From Candidatus Micrarchaeota archaeon (GTDB taxonomy: Archaea > Micrarchaeota > Micrarchaeia > Anstonellales > Bilamarchaeaceae): DNA of 64,000 bases. The stretch's first letter is position 1. Each line of letters begins with the position of its first letter. A program made the position numbers and the translations under genes. The stretch covers positions 11,691-75,690 of the forward strand of contig JAQBFN010000020.1 of NCBI GenBank assembly GCA_032123335.1, given 5' to 3'. Of the stretch, positions 10,111-21,400 are shown piece by piece. A model generated the notes under the pieces. The model saw only the letters and a list, made by a program, of their open reading frames with translations. It did no database searches and was not told the DNA's origin.

Positions 10111-10772
10111 ACAAGGCCCTAATCGCAATGGATACCCGCGAAGACTCCTCCTTCCGGGAACTCCTGGAATCCCACGGTGCAGAAGTCCAGGTTTCTCCTC
10201 TCCCAGTGGGAGATTTCATCTGCTCCGACCGCACAGTGATAGAGCGCAAAACCCGCTCTGATTTTGAATCCTCAGTAATTGATGGCCGCCTCTTTGACCA
10301 GCTTTCCCGCCTCTCTTCTTCCTATTCCCGCGTAATCCTCATTATAGAAGGAACAGAATCTCCCGGCACTCTCCAGAAGCCCTCCCTCCTTGGCGCATAC
10401 TCCTCCGTTCTCACAGACTACGGGGCAGGAATGTTCTTCACCCGCTCACCCGAATCCACCGCAGAACTAATTTATGCAATTGCAAAGCACGAGCAGCTGA
10501 TGGAGAAGCGCCCCCTCCGCATAAGCGGAAAGCCCAAAGGCAAAACCCTCCCCCAAAACCAGATTGCAATCGTAGAAATGCTCCCCCTCGTAGGCCCGAA
10601 AATGGCCCGCACCCTCCTTGAAAATTTCGGCACCATAGAGAACCTTTTCAACGCTTCTGAAGAAGACCTCCTCAAGATTGAAGGCCTTGGAAAAAAGAAG
10701 GCAAATGTAATCCGCAAGGCCCTCACCACCCCCTACGAACCCGAAGAAGAAATCCCACCGGAAGAATACTAA
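10107..10772 (+). CDS. ERCC4/XPF nuclease with HhH motifs (short form)
   Basis: DTRE, GDFI, IERKT..DF..S..DGRLFDQ; LPLVGPK and IEGLGKK HhH motifs. Confidence 0.93.
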   Translation: MNKALIAMDTREDSSFRELLESHGAEVQVSPLPVGDFICSDRTVIERKTRSDFESSVIDGRLFDQLSRLSSSYSRVILIIEGTESPGTLQKPSLLGAYSSVLTDYGAGMFFTRSPESTAELIYAIAKHEQLMEKRPLRISGKPKGKTLPQNQIAIVEMLPLVGPKMARTLLENFGTIENLFNASEEDLLKIEGLGKKKANVIRKALTTPYEPEEEIPPEEY

Positions 10773-10808
10773 GAATACCCTTTTATTACTTATTTCCGAT
10801 ATGTGCAC

Positions 10809-11726
10809 ATGATTCTCCCCGTCAGAGGTAAATCCATAGGCCTGGACAAGGGAAAGTGCGACCTCCCATTCCTTTCGCACGCCCACGGGGACCACACAAG
10901 CGGGATGAAATCCAAAGAAGAAATCATTGCAACCGAAGCAACAATCGAGCTCGCCCGCCTTTCCGCTTCCTCAGTTTCCCACCCTGGAACCGAACTCCTC
11001 AACGCCGGCCACATCCTAGGCTCCACCCAGCTTTGGGCCGAATCCGATGGCTCCACTACCCTTTACACAGGGGATTTCCGCACCCAGGACGGAATCTACA
11101 CAAAAGGCGCAACCCCCAAGGAAGCTGACCGCCTCATAATTGAATGCACCTATGGAGACCCCTCAATCACTTTCCCCCCACTTGAAGAAACATACTCCCA
11201 GATTTCCCGCTGGGTAAAATCCAACTCCAACGCCATCCTTGTTTTCGGTGCTTATAATCTAGGAAAAACCCAGGAACTAATCAAAATCCTCAACGAGTAC
11301 TGCTCCATAACCCCAGTAGTTACCCAGGAATCCGAGCACTTTAACCAGGTTTACGAAAAGCACGGAGTCAAACTCGACCGCGTAGTTGTAGGAACAGATG
11401 AAGCAGAAGAAGTTATGCGCGGCCCCTTCGTATCCATTGCCCCCCCACGCATTGCAAAGCGCACCTTCACCTCCAAGCTCTCCGGAGCCTTCAACCTTCC
11501 AGCCTACTCCGCACTTGTTTCCGGCTGGGTCCAGAAATACCGCACACGTGTGGATGCGGGCTTCCCTCTCAGCGACCACTCAGACTTCAACGATATCCTG
11601 GAATATATTGACCTCGTAAACCCAAAAGAAGTTGTATTCGTGCACGGGGATGGCTCCCATTTAATGCGCGCCCTCAACAAAAGAAAAGGAACCTTATTCG
11701 CCTCGCTTGGGGGCAGCAGCCCATAA
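10809..11726 (+). CDS. Metallo-beta-lactamase/beta-CASP nuclease
   Basis: SHAHGDH, AGHILGS, YTGDF, IECTYG, LSDHSDF. Confidence 0.88.
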   Translation: MILPVRGKSIGLDKGKCDLPFLSHAHGDHTSGMKSKEEIIATEATIELARLSASSVSHPGTELLNAGHILGSTQLWAESDGSTTLYTGDFRTQDGIYTKGATPKEADRLIIECTYGDPSITFPPLEETYSQISRWVKSNSNAILVFGAYNLGKTQELIKILNEYCSITPVVTQESEHFNQVYEKHGVKLDRVVVGTDEAEEVMRGPFVSIAPPRIAKRTFTSKLSGAFNLPAYSALVSGWVQKYRTRVDAGFPLSDHSDFNDILEYIDLVNPKEVVFVHGDGSHLMRALNKRKGTLFASLGGSSP

Positions 11727-11776
11727 TCCTTTTTTAATCTATCCATACTCAATATATCTCTCAACCTTACTACCAT

Positions 11777-11849
11777 GGCCATGGTAGTGTAGCTGGCATC
11801 ACGGGGGGTTGTGGTCCCCTTAACCCGAGTTCGAATCTCGGTCATGGCC
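11777..11849 (+). tRNA. tRNA-His (GTG), G-1 genomically encoded
   Basis: G + GCCATGG/TCATGGC + C acceptor; GGGGG-ttGTGgt-CCCCT anticodon arm; GTTCGAATC. Confidence 0.93.
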
Positions 11850-11881
11850 CTTCAATTCCGGCCCATCAGAAAAAGAGTAAT

Positions 11882-12148
11882 TCAAACCTTCACTTTTTTC
11901 ATTCCGTTCATCATCTTCCTGTAAACAACCAGGATAATAAATCCGATAACAGTCGCAATTAAAGCAACGCTAAAATCCACCACTACCACAGAGTGCGATG
12001 CAAGCACATCTCCGAGCAGCCCTACCAGCAAGTCCTTCAAAAATTGCGCCCACAATATTGCGATTGCCACTATAATCCCGAACTTCAGGCTGCGCGGAAC
12101 CCCGTCCCCAACTCCCATAATCGGTTTCTTGGGTTTATTGTTGGCCAT
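11882..12148 (-). CDS. Small two-TM membrane protein
   Basis: Two hydrophobic helices with basic termini. Confidence 0.65.
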   Translation of the reverse strand: MANNKPKKPIMGVGDGVPRSLKFGIIVAIAILWAQFLKDLLVGLLGDVLASHSVVVVDFSVALIATVIGFIILVVYRKMMNGMKKVKV

Positions 12149-12237
12149 AAACCCCAATCTCCTGAAAACTTTTTAAATCCGCAATCAATCAAAAGCCTTT
12201 AAAATCTCCCAACCAAAATCACTCAGGGTGAGCCTCC

Positions 12238-13203
12238 TTGAAAAAGTTCCTTACGAACAAATACCAAATCGCGCTCGATGTACTAATTTCCTTAATAATA
12301 GTTGCAGCGCTGCTCCACTTCGCAGGCTTCAATGAATTCATAGACGCGCTCGCCAACATCAACCTTTTCTGGCTCATCATCTCTATCATTCTCCTGCTCG
12401 GAATGTACATAATGATGACTTTCCGGATGAAAATCCTCCTGGATGAAATGAAATCCCCGCTCCCCTGGCTCTCAATTTTCAAGTGCCACCTCACCGGAAT
12501 GCTCCTCTCGGATATAACTCCCGCAAGAAGCGGCTACCTCGCAACCGCAGCAGTACTGCACAAGAACTACAAAGTCCCCTCAGAAAAAGCCATGGTCGCC
12601 ATACTCGGCCCCCAGGCCTATGATTTCATTTTCAAAATAGTTGTGGGCGGTCTCGCAATCCTCTTCCTGCTTGAATACGTAGGAATCGAAAACGGCTGGA
12701 TTATGTACTTAGGAGTCGCAGGCCTCTCCTTCGTCCTGCTCATAATGCTCCTCCTGATGTATTCCCGCCGCTTCCTCAATGCTTTCAAGTTCTCAGAAAA
12801 CTGGCCATTCTTAGGAAAGATTTACGCAATGTTTCATCGCGTGCAGGACCATTCAGATGTAGTAATCAAGAAAACCCCCATTCTCATAACATTATTGCTA
12901 ATAACCTGGACCCTGAAAGCATTCTCCTGGTATGCAATCGCCCTCTCCCTAAACATGACCCTAAACTTCCCTTACCCTGAAGAAGCATTCTATTTCTTTT
13001 TCCAGCCCCTTGCAACAATGCTCGAATTCGTTCCCACTCCAACCCTCGCAGGCCTAGGATTCAGCGAAGCCGGAGGCGTACTCATCCTTTCCCTATTCGG
13101 AGTAACCGCAGCCCAGGCAACAGCCTTCATGCTCGTTGCCCGCTTCAAAACCACACTAGTAAATCTCCCGGGAATAGAAGAAGCCCTAAAACTAATCAAA
13201 TAA
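12238..13203 (+). CDS. Lysylphosphatidylglycerol-synthase-like TM / flippase-like protein (UPF0104)
   Basis: Multi-TM; SDITPARSG and VPTPTLAGLGFSEAG family-like motifs; TTG start. Confidence 0.8.
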   Translation: MKKFLTNKYQIALDVLISLIIVAALLHFAGFNEFIDALANINLFWLIISIILLLGMYIMMTFRMKILLDEMKSPLPWLSIFKCHLTGMLLSDITPARSGYLATAAVLHKNYKVPSEKAMVAILGPQAYDFIFKIVVGGLAILFLLEYVGIENGWIMYLGVAGLSFVLLIMLLLMYSRRFLNAFKFSENWPFLGKIYAMFHRVQDHSDVVIKKTPILITLLLITWTLKAFSWYAIALSLNMTLNFPYPEEAFYFFFQPLATMLEFVPTPTLAGLGFSEAGGVLILSLFGVTAAQATAFMLVARFKTTLVNLPGIEEALKLIK

Positions 13204-13827
13204 TCACAATCTAATCATAAAAGTAGTCCTGTACACCCTTCTCCCTTCCTTCTCCCCAGCAAGCGTCTTGCTTATTTTCGCCTTTAATTTAAGCTCTGCA
13301 AGCATCTCCACAACCGCTTTGGAGTCCCCAACGTACAAATCCATACCCTCCTTCTTTTCTTCCTCCTTAGTCAGGAATGTTCTCTTGCCCAGCATTTTCT
13401 TGAGGGTCCAGTATGCCTTTTTTATCCTTCCCGAAGGCCCACGAAGCTGTATGATCGCCTCGAAATACCCCCCACTCTGCCTTGAGCAGGCCTGGCATAC
13501 CGTCTTCACAACGGTAGCATTAATCTTCTCCTTTACAGGGAACATTGTGCTCTTGTCCCCCACATAAAAAGTAGCCTCCTGCTGCCTGAAATCATAGCTT
13601 CCGCTAATAAATTCCCCTTTGCATTTTGAAATCACTTCCTTTGCAAGCTTGCTCTCGTCTGCATTCACCCAGTTGCCCTTGAGCCTCACCTTCCCGCATT
13701 TGGTACAGCGGATATACTCCAGCCTTTTAGGGCACTTGATATGCACGGGCTTGCATTTTATGCAAAACGGGCCTGAAAAAGGAACCTCCTTATCTGAGAC
13801 CCCGCACTTTGCACACCTTAATTCCAT
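13204..13827 (-). CDS. NMD3 family ribosome biogenesis protein
   Basis: Four CxxC pairs; CQACSRQSGGYFEAIIQLRG; YRTT C-terminus. Confidence 0.92.
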   Translation of the reverse strand: MELRCAKCGVSDKEVPFSGPFCIKCKPVHIKCPKRLEYIRCTKCGKVRLKGNWVNADESKLAKEVISKCKGEFISGSYDFRQQEATFYVGDKSTMFPVKEKINATVVKTVCQACSRQSGGYFEAIIQLRGPSGRIKKAYWTLKKMLGKRTFLTKEEEKKEGMDLYVGDSKAVVEMLAELKLKAKISKTLAGEKEGRRVYRTTFMIRL

Positions 13828-13893
13828 ATAGCTAATTTAGCCATCCACCTTCTTTAAATAGCTTACTAATTATAGACTCCAAAAGGTGAGCAG

Positions 13894-14106
13894 ATGGAAT
13901 TTGAAGAGGATGGGCCATACACAGCAAATTCTGAATTACGCTACATAACCCTGGAGCTCATGCGCCTAGCCGAAAAGAAGAACACCACCTTCGAGCAGAT
14001 GGCAGAAGATTACGTAAAGAATACCTTCCACCTGAAGAAGCTCATAGAGGAAAAAGAGTTCCCGGAAAAAACTTTAAAAAGTAAGGAAGGGATCGGTTAT
14101 CCATGA
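13894..14106 (+). CDS. Small hypothetical protein
   Basis: GGTGAG SD-like site; ATGA overlap with the next gene. Confidence 0.65.
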   Translation: MEFEEDGPYTANSELRYITLELMRLAEKKNTTFEQMAEDYVKNTFHLKKLIEEKEFPEKTLKSKEGIGYP

Positions 14107-15863
14107 GCAATATAGAAAAGGCAGTCTCACTCACTAAATATTTTGTAAACCTGCCTAAAACACCCTATACTCTCTCTTTCATATTTTTGCTTTCCCTATT
14201 CCTGGGTTTGGGCATTTCCATCCTCACAGGGGAGTCTCTCGTGGAAACAATCTTCACAGGCATATTCATACTCACCATTCCCAGCTTCCTCTCAATAATT
14301 GTAGGCAAAGCCCTGATGTCCAGGGTCCCTGTCCGCAGGATTGCCGCCACAGCATTCCTTGGTGCAGTAATCTATGCCATTACTTACCTGATTGCCCTCT
14401 CCCTCCAGCTGTTTTCCCCTGAAGGCACAAGCGCAATATTCGTAGGAAGCGCCCTGGTATTCGTACTATTTTACACAACTGCAAGGATAATTTTCGTGCA
14501 CAAATGGCGTTCCCTCATTTTCGCGGTGCTCCAGCTCTTCCTCACCGCAATCTTCCTGATAACAGATGGTTTCCTCCCTGTATCTGCAGGAGACCCCTTC
14601 AATGTGCTAGTCAAGTTTTATCTTTCTGCATTCGTACTCCTTGCCGGCCTCTACCTCTTCTTCCTGCTCATAAATGCGCCCATGAAGCGCACGTTCGGAG
14701 TTACCTCCACCGATGCAGTTTCAATGTTCTTCTCCCAGTGGTTCTATGACAAAAAAGACATGGAGAAAACCTTCCGCAAAGTAGGCGAAACCGTAACCAC
14801 CTACATTTCCCTCCTCCTTTTCCGCCGCAAAGACGGCGATTTCGCATTCGTAGTCCCCGGAGTCCATTTTGGCCCCTTTGGCAACCTGGGCGGAAGCAAC
14901 TTCTCCTACCTCATTGCAGAAGAACTCGAAAAGAAGCACAAAACAAAATCATTCGTTTTCCACGGTCCCGCAACCCACGACCTCAACCCGGTTTCCACAT
15001 CCGAGCTCAAGAAAATAACTGATTCCTGCTCAGAAATACTCTCAAGCGCAAAGCCCATGTCCTCCAAGGTTTCCCTTTCCGCTTCAACCACAGAGCATGC
15101 AATTGCAGAATCCCTCAACTTCAAAAACCACTCCTTTATCGGAATGAGCCGTGCCCCCAAAACCACTGAGGATATGTCCCTGGGCACCGGGATGGCTCTT
15201 GCAGCAACCGCAGAAAAGCACGTCTCCTCCGCAACAATTGTAGACCAGCACAATGCAGAAACAGGGGAAATGGAGTACATAGAGCCCGGAACCAGGATGT
15301 GCTTCCAGTACCTAGAAGCACTGGAAGATGCGCTCTCCAAAAAGCCCAAGGAAAACAAGCTCAAAGCCGGATTCGCATTCGGCTCAAGCGATTCTTCTCG
15401 CATCGGCCCTGCAGGCATCAAGGTTGCAGCCCTCTCCACAGACCCGGAATATGTAGTAATCCTTCCCGATGCAAACGGCATCACCCCCACCTTTCGCAGG
15501 CGCATCATGACCGCAGTGGATTCCCTCTACCGCACAGAAGGCTGGGGCCCCGCAGTCCCGGCAGTCTACACAACCGACACCCACAAGGTAAACACTGTCC
15601 GCGGTGTAGTAAACCCTCTCAAAGAAAACGACGTAATCCTCAACCAGATTCTCTTCCTTGTAAAGCATGCCCATGAAGACATGAAGGATGCCCAATTCTA
15701 CGCAGAAAAGCGTACAATGGATATCCGTGCACTTGGAGCAAAGCAGGCAATCGAAATCATTTCCACAATAAACTCAATCGTTGCAATCTCAAAAGTTGCC
15801 GCACCCATTATAATAATTTCAGGCATATTAGCCATACTCTGGATAATTTCCAACTTAGGATGA
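14103..15863 (+). CDS. DUF2070 family membrane protein
   Basis: N-terminal TMs; VHFGPFGNLGGS, FHGPATHDLN, DQHN, YTTDTH. Confidence 0.88.
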   Translation: MSNIEKAVSLTKYFVNLPKTPYTLSFIFLLSLFLGLGISILTGESLVETIFTGIFILTIPSFLSIIVGKALMSRVPVRRIAATAFLGAVIYAITYLIALSLQLFSPEGTSAIFVGSALVFVLFYTTARIIFVHKWRSLIFAVLQLFLTAIFLITDGFLPVSAGDPFNVLVKFYLSAFVLLAGLYLFFLLINAPMKRTFGVTSTDAVSMFFSQWFYDKKDMEKTFRKVGETVTTYISLLLFRRKDGDFAFVVPGVHFGPFGNLGGSNFSYLIAEELEKKHKTKSFVFHGPATHDLNPVSTSELKKITDSCSEILSSAKPMSSKVSLSASTTEHAIAESLNFKNHSFIGMSRAPKTTEDMSLGTGMALAATAEKHVSSATIVDQHNAETGEMEYIEPGTRMCFQYLEALEDALSKKPKENKLKAGFAFGSSDSSRIGPAGIKVAALSTDPEYVVILPDANGITPTFRRRIMTAVDSLYRTEGWGPAVPAVYTTDTHKVNTVRGVVNPLKENDVILNQILFLVKHAHEDMKDAQFYAEKRTMDIRALGAKQAIEIISTINSIVAISKVAAPIIIISGILAILWIISNLG

Positions 15864-15867
15864 TCAC

Positions 15868-16932
15868 ATGGATATTGAAAAGAAAATCGAACTCACTATG
15901 AAAGCCCCTACCCAGGAGCTCGTAACCAAGGAAGACCTCAAAACCCTTTTTGAAAATCACGCGCACCCCAAGCACTACATTGGATTTGAAATCTCCGGTT
16001 TTGCCCACATCGGAACCGGCCTCGCAACATCCCTCAAAGTAAAGGATTTGCTCGAAGCCGGCTGCAAGCCCACCATCTTCCTTGCTGATTACCATACCTG
16101 GATAAACGGCAAGCTTGGAGGAGACCTGGATAAAATAAGGCAGGTTGCAGAAGGCTACTTCAAGCACTGCTTTATCGCGCTCGGCCTTCCCGAATCCAAA
16201 GTAGATTACGTGCTTGCAAGCAACCTCTACGATTCCGATTACTGGAAAACCGTTTTGGACATCAGCAGGAACACAAGCCTTAACCGCATGCTCCGCTGCA
16301 TTACCATTATGGGACGCAAGGAAACCGACACCACCTCCTCTGCTTCAATCCTCTACCCCGCAATGCAGGCCGCAGACATCTTTATGCTCAAAGTGCAAAT
16401 CGCGCACTCTGGAATGGACCAGCGCAAGGTCCACATGCTTGCAAGGGAAGTGGCGCCCAAGCTCGGGGCTGAAAAGCCCGTAGCCCTTCATGGCCACCTC
16501 CTCCCTAGCCTGCATGGCGTAGAGCGTATGAATCCCACCGAGGACCAGGTAATTGATGCAAAGATGTCCAAGTCCAAGCCTGATTCCGCAATCTTCGTGC
16601 ACGAGCCCGAATCCGAAATCCTCCGCAAGGTAAAGAAAGCATACTGCCCTGAAAAAGTTGCGGATGGAAACCCAATGATTGAATATGCGGAAAACCTTGT
16701 TCTCCGCGACCGCCCGCTCAAAATCGAGCGCCCGGAAAAGTTCGGAGGAAACGTGGAATTCGCAACTTCCTTAGAGCTCCGCGAAGCCTATACAAGCGGT
16801 GCACTCCACCCAATGGACCTCAAGAATGCAGTGGGAAAAGAACTGGTAGAAATGCTTAAGCCCGTTCGGGACTACTTTGAAAAGCATCCCAAATACCTCA
16901 AGGAACTCGAGGGAATGCGGATAACCCGCTAG
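15868..16932 (+). CDS. tyrS: Tyrosyl-tRNA synthetase (archaeal type)
   Basis: YIGFEISGFAHIG, YPAMQAADI, GMDQRKVH, KMSKS, LHPMDLK. Confidence 0.98.
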   Translation: MDIEKKIELTMKAPTQELVTKEDLKTLFENHAHPKHYIGFEISGFAHIGTGLATSLKVKDLLEAGCKPTIFLADYHTWINGKLGGDLDKIRQVAEGYFKHCFIALGLPESKVDYVLASNLYDSDYWKTVLDISRNTSLNRMLRCITIMGRKETDTTSSASILYPAMQAADIFMLKVQIAHSGMDQRKVHMLAREVAPKLGAEKPVALHGHLLPSLHGVERMNPTEDQVIDAKMSKSKPDSAIFVHEPESEILRKVKKAYCPEKVADGNPMIEYAENLVLRDRPLKIERPEKFGGNVEFATSLELREAYTSGALHPMDLKNAVGKELVEMLKPVRDYFEKHPKYLKELEGMRITR

Positions 16933-17639
16933 CTTCGCGCAAACGCTTCCACAATTTTCTTTATCTTTTTATTCGCTTCTCCCATATGCTCCAGCACTTC
17001 CTTGTGCGTAAGCTCTTTCTTCCCTTTAATTCCCGCAGCATAATTAGTCCCAACTGCAATCCCACACAAAGGAATCTCCAGCTCCCCCGCAAGCGTTGCT
17101 TCATACGCACTGGTCATATTAACCAAATTCGCACCCATCCCCTTCAACGCCTTAACCTCTGCCCGCGTCTCAAACCTGGGCCCATGCGTAGTAGCTACAA
17201 TTCCCCCTTTCTTCAGCTTAATTCCCGCACCCTTCGCAGCACCTTCCACTTTTTTGGAAATCGCTTTATTGTACGGCTCACTCATGTCCGCATGTGTTAT
17301 CCCGGATTTAAACGCATCATAATATGTAATCGGTGAATTAAACCCGATAAAATCCTCCAGCAAAACCAAATCCCCTGGTTTATACCTTCCAATTATCCCT
17401 GTTGCATAAAACACAAGAACCGCATCAACTCCCGCATCCTTCATTGCCCAGATGTTCGCCTTATAATCCACTTTATGCGGAGGCGTCCCATGTTCCTCCC
17501 CATGCCTTGGCATAAACAAAACTTCCCTCTTCCCAATCTTCCCACTATACACAGTAATTGTCCCGTACGGAGTCCTCTTCCTCCCCCTTTCCATCCGCCC
17601 CAATGAGTAGATTCCGGTGCCCCCAATAATCCCAATCAT
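16929..17639 (-). CDS. MTAP-family purine nucleoside phosphorylase
   Basis: IGIIGGTG, PRHG..H..PPH, GPRFETRAE, TNYAAG. Confidence 0.93.
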   Translation of the reverse strand: MIGIIGGTGIYSLGRMERGRKRTPYGTITVYSGKIGKREVLFMPRHGEEHGTPPHKVDYKANIWAMKDAGVDAVLVFYATGIIGRYKPGDLVLLEDFIGFNSPITYYDAFKSGITHADMSEPYNKAISKKVEGAAKGAGIKLKKGGIVATTHGPRFETRAEVKALKGMGANLVNMTSAYEATLAGELEIPLCGIAVGTNYAAGIKGKKELTHKEVLEHMGEANKKIKKIVEAFARS

Positions 17640-17699
17640 GCTTCCAATAGAAGGGGGGAGTTTTTTATAAGTTTTGGTCGATATCTCTGCGTGATATAT

Positions 17700-17882
17700 A
17701 TGAAAGCAATGTATCTCGCACTATGCTTAATGCTCGTTCTCGCAGGAACAGTAATGGCATACACTGGCTACGATGACGACTACTATTACGACGACTATGC
17801 ATATGACGATTACGGATGCTGCTGCGGACCCATGTTCGCACTGGTCGCTGTTGGAGCATTCGCCCTCTCCCGAAGGCACTAG
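17700..17882 (+). CDS. Tiny secreted Tyr/Asp-rich peptide with CGP-CTERM-like tail
   Basis: Signal peptide, YTGYDDDYYYDDYAYDDYG, then CCCGP-hydrophobic-RRH; upstream TTTATAAG TATA box. Confidence 0.75.
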   Translation: MKAMYLALCLMLVLAGTVMAYTGYDDDYYYDDYAYDDYGCCCGPMFALVAVGAFALSRRH

Positions 17883-18389
17883 ATGAATAAGGATTTCTTT
17901 GCCGGTGTTTTTGCCGGCGTAATCCTCTTTTTTGTTCTCTCATTCATGTTTCTTCCCGCATATTCCGTTTCCGTAATCTCTTCTCCCGGAGCCGAAGACG
18001 AAATCCTCTCCCTTATTGATTCCGCCCAGCACTCAATCTACATAGACATGTACATACTCACTTCCGAAAAAGTTGTGGATGCACTAATCTCCGCCCACTA
18101 CCGCGGCGTAGAAGTAAAGGTAATCCTTGAAGAGCGCACAGGTGCAAACACCCTTGCTTTCTCCCGCCTTGAAGGTGCAGGCACCCAGGTCTGCTGGGCC
18201 TCTGCAGTCTACAAGCTCTCCCACCCCAAACTCATAATTGTGGACAACCAGAAAGCCCTGGTAGGCTCCCACAACCTCTCCAACTCCGCCCTTAATTCCA
18301 ACCGGGAAATCTCCCTCCTTGTCCAGGGAAACGTAGTTTCTACCCTCCTTTCCCTTTTCAATTCCGATTGGGATGCCTGTTCCATGTAG
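17883..18389 (+). CDS. Phospholipase D / Nuc-like protein (single HKD motif), N-terminal TM
   Basis: HPKLIIVD....VGSHNLS...NRE. Confidence 0.9.
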   Translation: MNKDFFAGVFAGVILFFVLSFMFLPAYSVSVISSPGAEDEILSLIDSAQHSIYIDMYILTSEKVVDALISAHYRGVEVKVILEERTGANTLAFSRLEGAGTQVCWASAVYKLSHPKLIIVDNQKALVGSHNLSNSALNSNREISLLVQGNVVSTLLSLFNSDWDACSM

Positions 18390-18440
18390 CCCACTTCTCT
18401 CGAAACTCCTCCTAAGCCTTATAAATATATTCTGTCAAAT

Positions 18441-21400
18441 ATGAATATGGCAGCAGTTGTAGAGCGGAGTAATTGGTGTAAATTACTGCTAGCCGTATTT
18501 ATGCTCGTTTCCCTCTCTTTTTCCGCCGGATTCACCTCCGAAGACCTTTCCAATAAAATAACCTTCATTGACATCTCTGCCGTGGATGGAGTGGTAACCG
18601 CCAAGCTCACTGTGCTGACGATGGATGCCAGCATTGAGCACAACCAGTCCGCCCTCATTGAGGCGTTCAGGGAAGCAGAGAAAGGAAACCAGGCAACCGC
18701 AGAGCAAATCCTCGAGGAAGCAGGCCTGAACACTTTCTCAGGGTATTTAGGCAAAATCGAATCTGAAAGGGCCCCCATAGAAGGTGCAGACCTCAATTTC
18801 TACTACACAGTAAAAACCTACGATGATGACAACTATCCTGTCTTCACCAGGGAGCCAGTGCCCTTTTGTGCAGAGCCAGACCCGGTGCTAACTGATGAGG
18901 AGGGGATCGCAGAATGCGACCTCACCCCTTATTATGAAGGAATATACGAGGGTAAATGCACAGAAATTTCCGTGGTTTTCGGGGATTCAGTATTTGGCAC
19001 CCAGCTAAATGACGAAACTTATCCCTATGTAGAAGAGATAGTTTACGTATGTGACCAGGAAACAACCGCACTCGCAGTAATGCGCGAAGAGATAAGGACC
19101 ATATTCTCAGACCAGGCCCAGAACCCCCTCTGCTTTGCATCAATGCTTTTGGGAGGAATGCTGCTCGCTTCAATGTTCTTTGCAGGAAGGAGCCCACTTT
19201 CCCTCCTTGATATCACAACACCCCTTCTCCCCAAGGCAAAAGCCATCTCCTACAGCGGCCTTAGGATGGGAGTCGGTTTCGGGCGCATCATGAAAGAGAT
19301 GGGTGGCATGGGCGGGCCCGGAGGCATGATTGCATCCTCTTCCAAAGCAACCACCGAGCGCATGCTCCGCTACCTCCGCTCCAAGGGCAAATACAGCAAG
19401 CGCATGGTTGACCTCATAATGAATTCCGGGGCCAATGAAGTCCTCAAGATGCTTGCTCTCCGCTCACTTATTGCAGGAAAAAGCGAGCATTATGTAAAGG
19501 GCATTCTCGGGTTCAAGGGAAAAGCCCTGACTGAAGCAGATTTCCAGTCGGCCTATGCAAAGGTTCTTGCAGACCTTGATAAATCTTCAGATGCAAACGA
19601 CCTGAATGAATACACGGTTAAGGGGTATGGTGCTAATGCACAGAAGCAGGGCCTCCACGATTCAGTGCTCCTCCTTGCCCAGATGAGCATGCTTAATGCA
19701 ATGCAGCAGCAAGCCTTTATTGATTCTACCGGGGAAATACCTGCCTGGTTCAAGACCCCGCTTGGAAAAACCCTGGGAAGGCTCCCCTTCATCGGAACCC
19801 ACATAATGGGAGGCACAGCATCCCTCTTTTTTGGTGGCAGGCACCTAGGCCGCTATTACAATAGTTTTGCAAGGGGAGCAGTGCGCGGAATAGGCGATGT
19901 GTTAACCCCCAAAGATAAGAAATTCAGCAAGCGCATCCAGATGGCTGTTGACGATGCGCGTGTAAAAGGCAAGAAGCCAGGATTTTTTGCAAACTGGGTT
20001 GCCCTCAAGGACAATGAGCGCCAGCTCGTAAAAATCTTTGACAATTTTGAATACGGTTCCGCACTCTACAAGCGCATGATGAAGGAAGCCCGCAAGGATG
20101 TCCTCAACTGGCTCGTGGGTACGGTAATTGCGAAATACGGAGGAAAGATGGACCTCACCCGTGAAGAGGTTATAGAAATTGGGGAAAAGACTCCGGATGA
20201 ATTGATGTTCCGCACCTTCAACAAGATTGAATTCTCAAAGATTGAAGGAGAGCTCCGTAGGCTCCTCTCAGATCCAGGCATGAGGGACCTCCAGAAAGCC
20301 CGCGCCCTGATGCGCCTTATGGAAGCATACGGAATAGCTTTCGACAAACAGGGCGTTACTGATGCAATCCACATGCTCTCCAAAATAGACCGGGAAGACC
20401 CCAAATCCCCTGCAGCAGTAGGCATAATCGATCCGACCAACAGGTACGCAATGGATTGCCACAAGCTCATGCGCCTCCAGAGCTACCTACAACAGCAGTT
20501 CAACGTTGACAGGCTAACAGACATCAAGTCAGAGTACAAGGCTTTCCAGGACGGAGGAAAATTCTTCTTCACAGTAGGAAGGGAAACCCTCTCCCACGGC
20601 GCAAGCGATTTCACGTTTGGCACCTTTTTCCGCTCCAAGTACCGCGAGGCGCTTGAGAACTCCAAAGCAGGGGAAACCCGCCCCATCTCCATAAGGGACA
20701 TCGCGAACTACTCTTTCCTCCGCATCGCAAACGAGCGCTGGGGACTAATTGACCCAAATATGCCCGGCCTGGACAAGAAGCTCGTAGCAGTAATGAAGAA
20801 CGCAGAAACCTGGCTCCGCTCCCTAGCAGATCCAGAGTTCCTCAGGCGCAACCCCTCGTACTCCAATCTTCTCAATTCCCTTTATGGCCCAAGTGCCCGT
20901 GCTGGTGTGAAAGACGACACCATGGACATAATGGAGCACGGTGCCGAATATGGCACAGCCAAGGGCGCGTGGCGCATGGACATGAAGGCCCACTGGAAAA
21001 TTTACGGGGGCCCGATGGGCGGAGTAAAATCTTCTGTAGAAAACCAGGCATTTGGGGAAGTTAACCGTGCCCACAATGTCCCCATGGCTATCCAGTCGAT
21101 GATTGACAAGGGACTCAACTACAAGGATGCTTCAGGCAAGTACATGAACACTGTTGTTGAAAGCTACCTCTTCAAGCGCCTGAAGGGAATGATAGAGCAG
21201 GACAATCCAAATACCTATTTCACTTCCCAGGGTGAATTCGACCGCTTCAGGCAGCTCTGGGCCTCTTACAAATCACACATTGCCAGAGACAAAGGCATAG
21301 ATGAAAGGAGTGTTACCGACAAGCAGGTTGCAGAATTCATAAAGAAGCCCCTTGGGATTGAGGAGCTTTCAAAGTCCAGCTGGATAAGGCTGAAGGAAGG

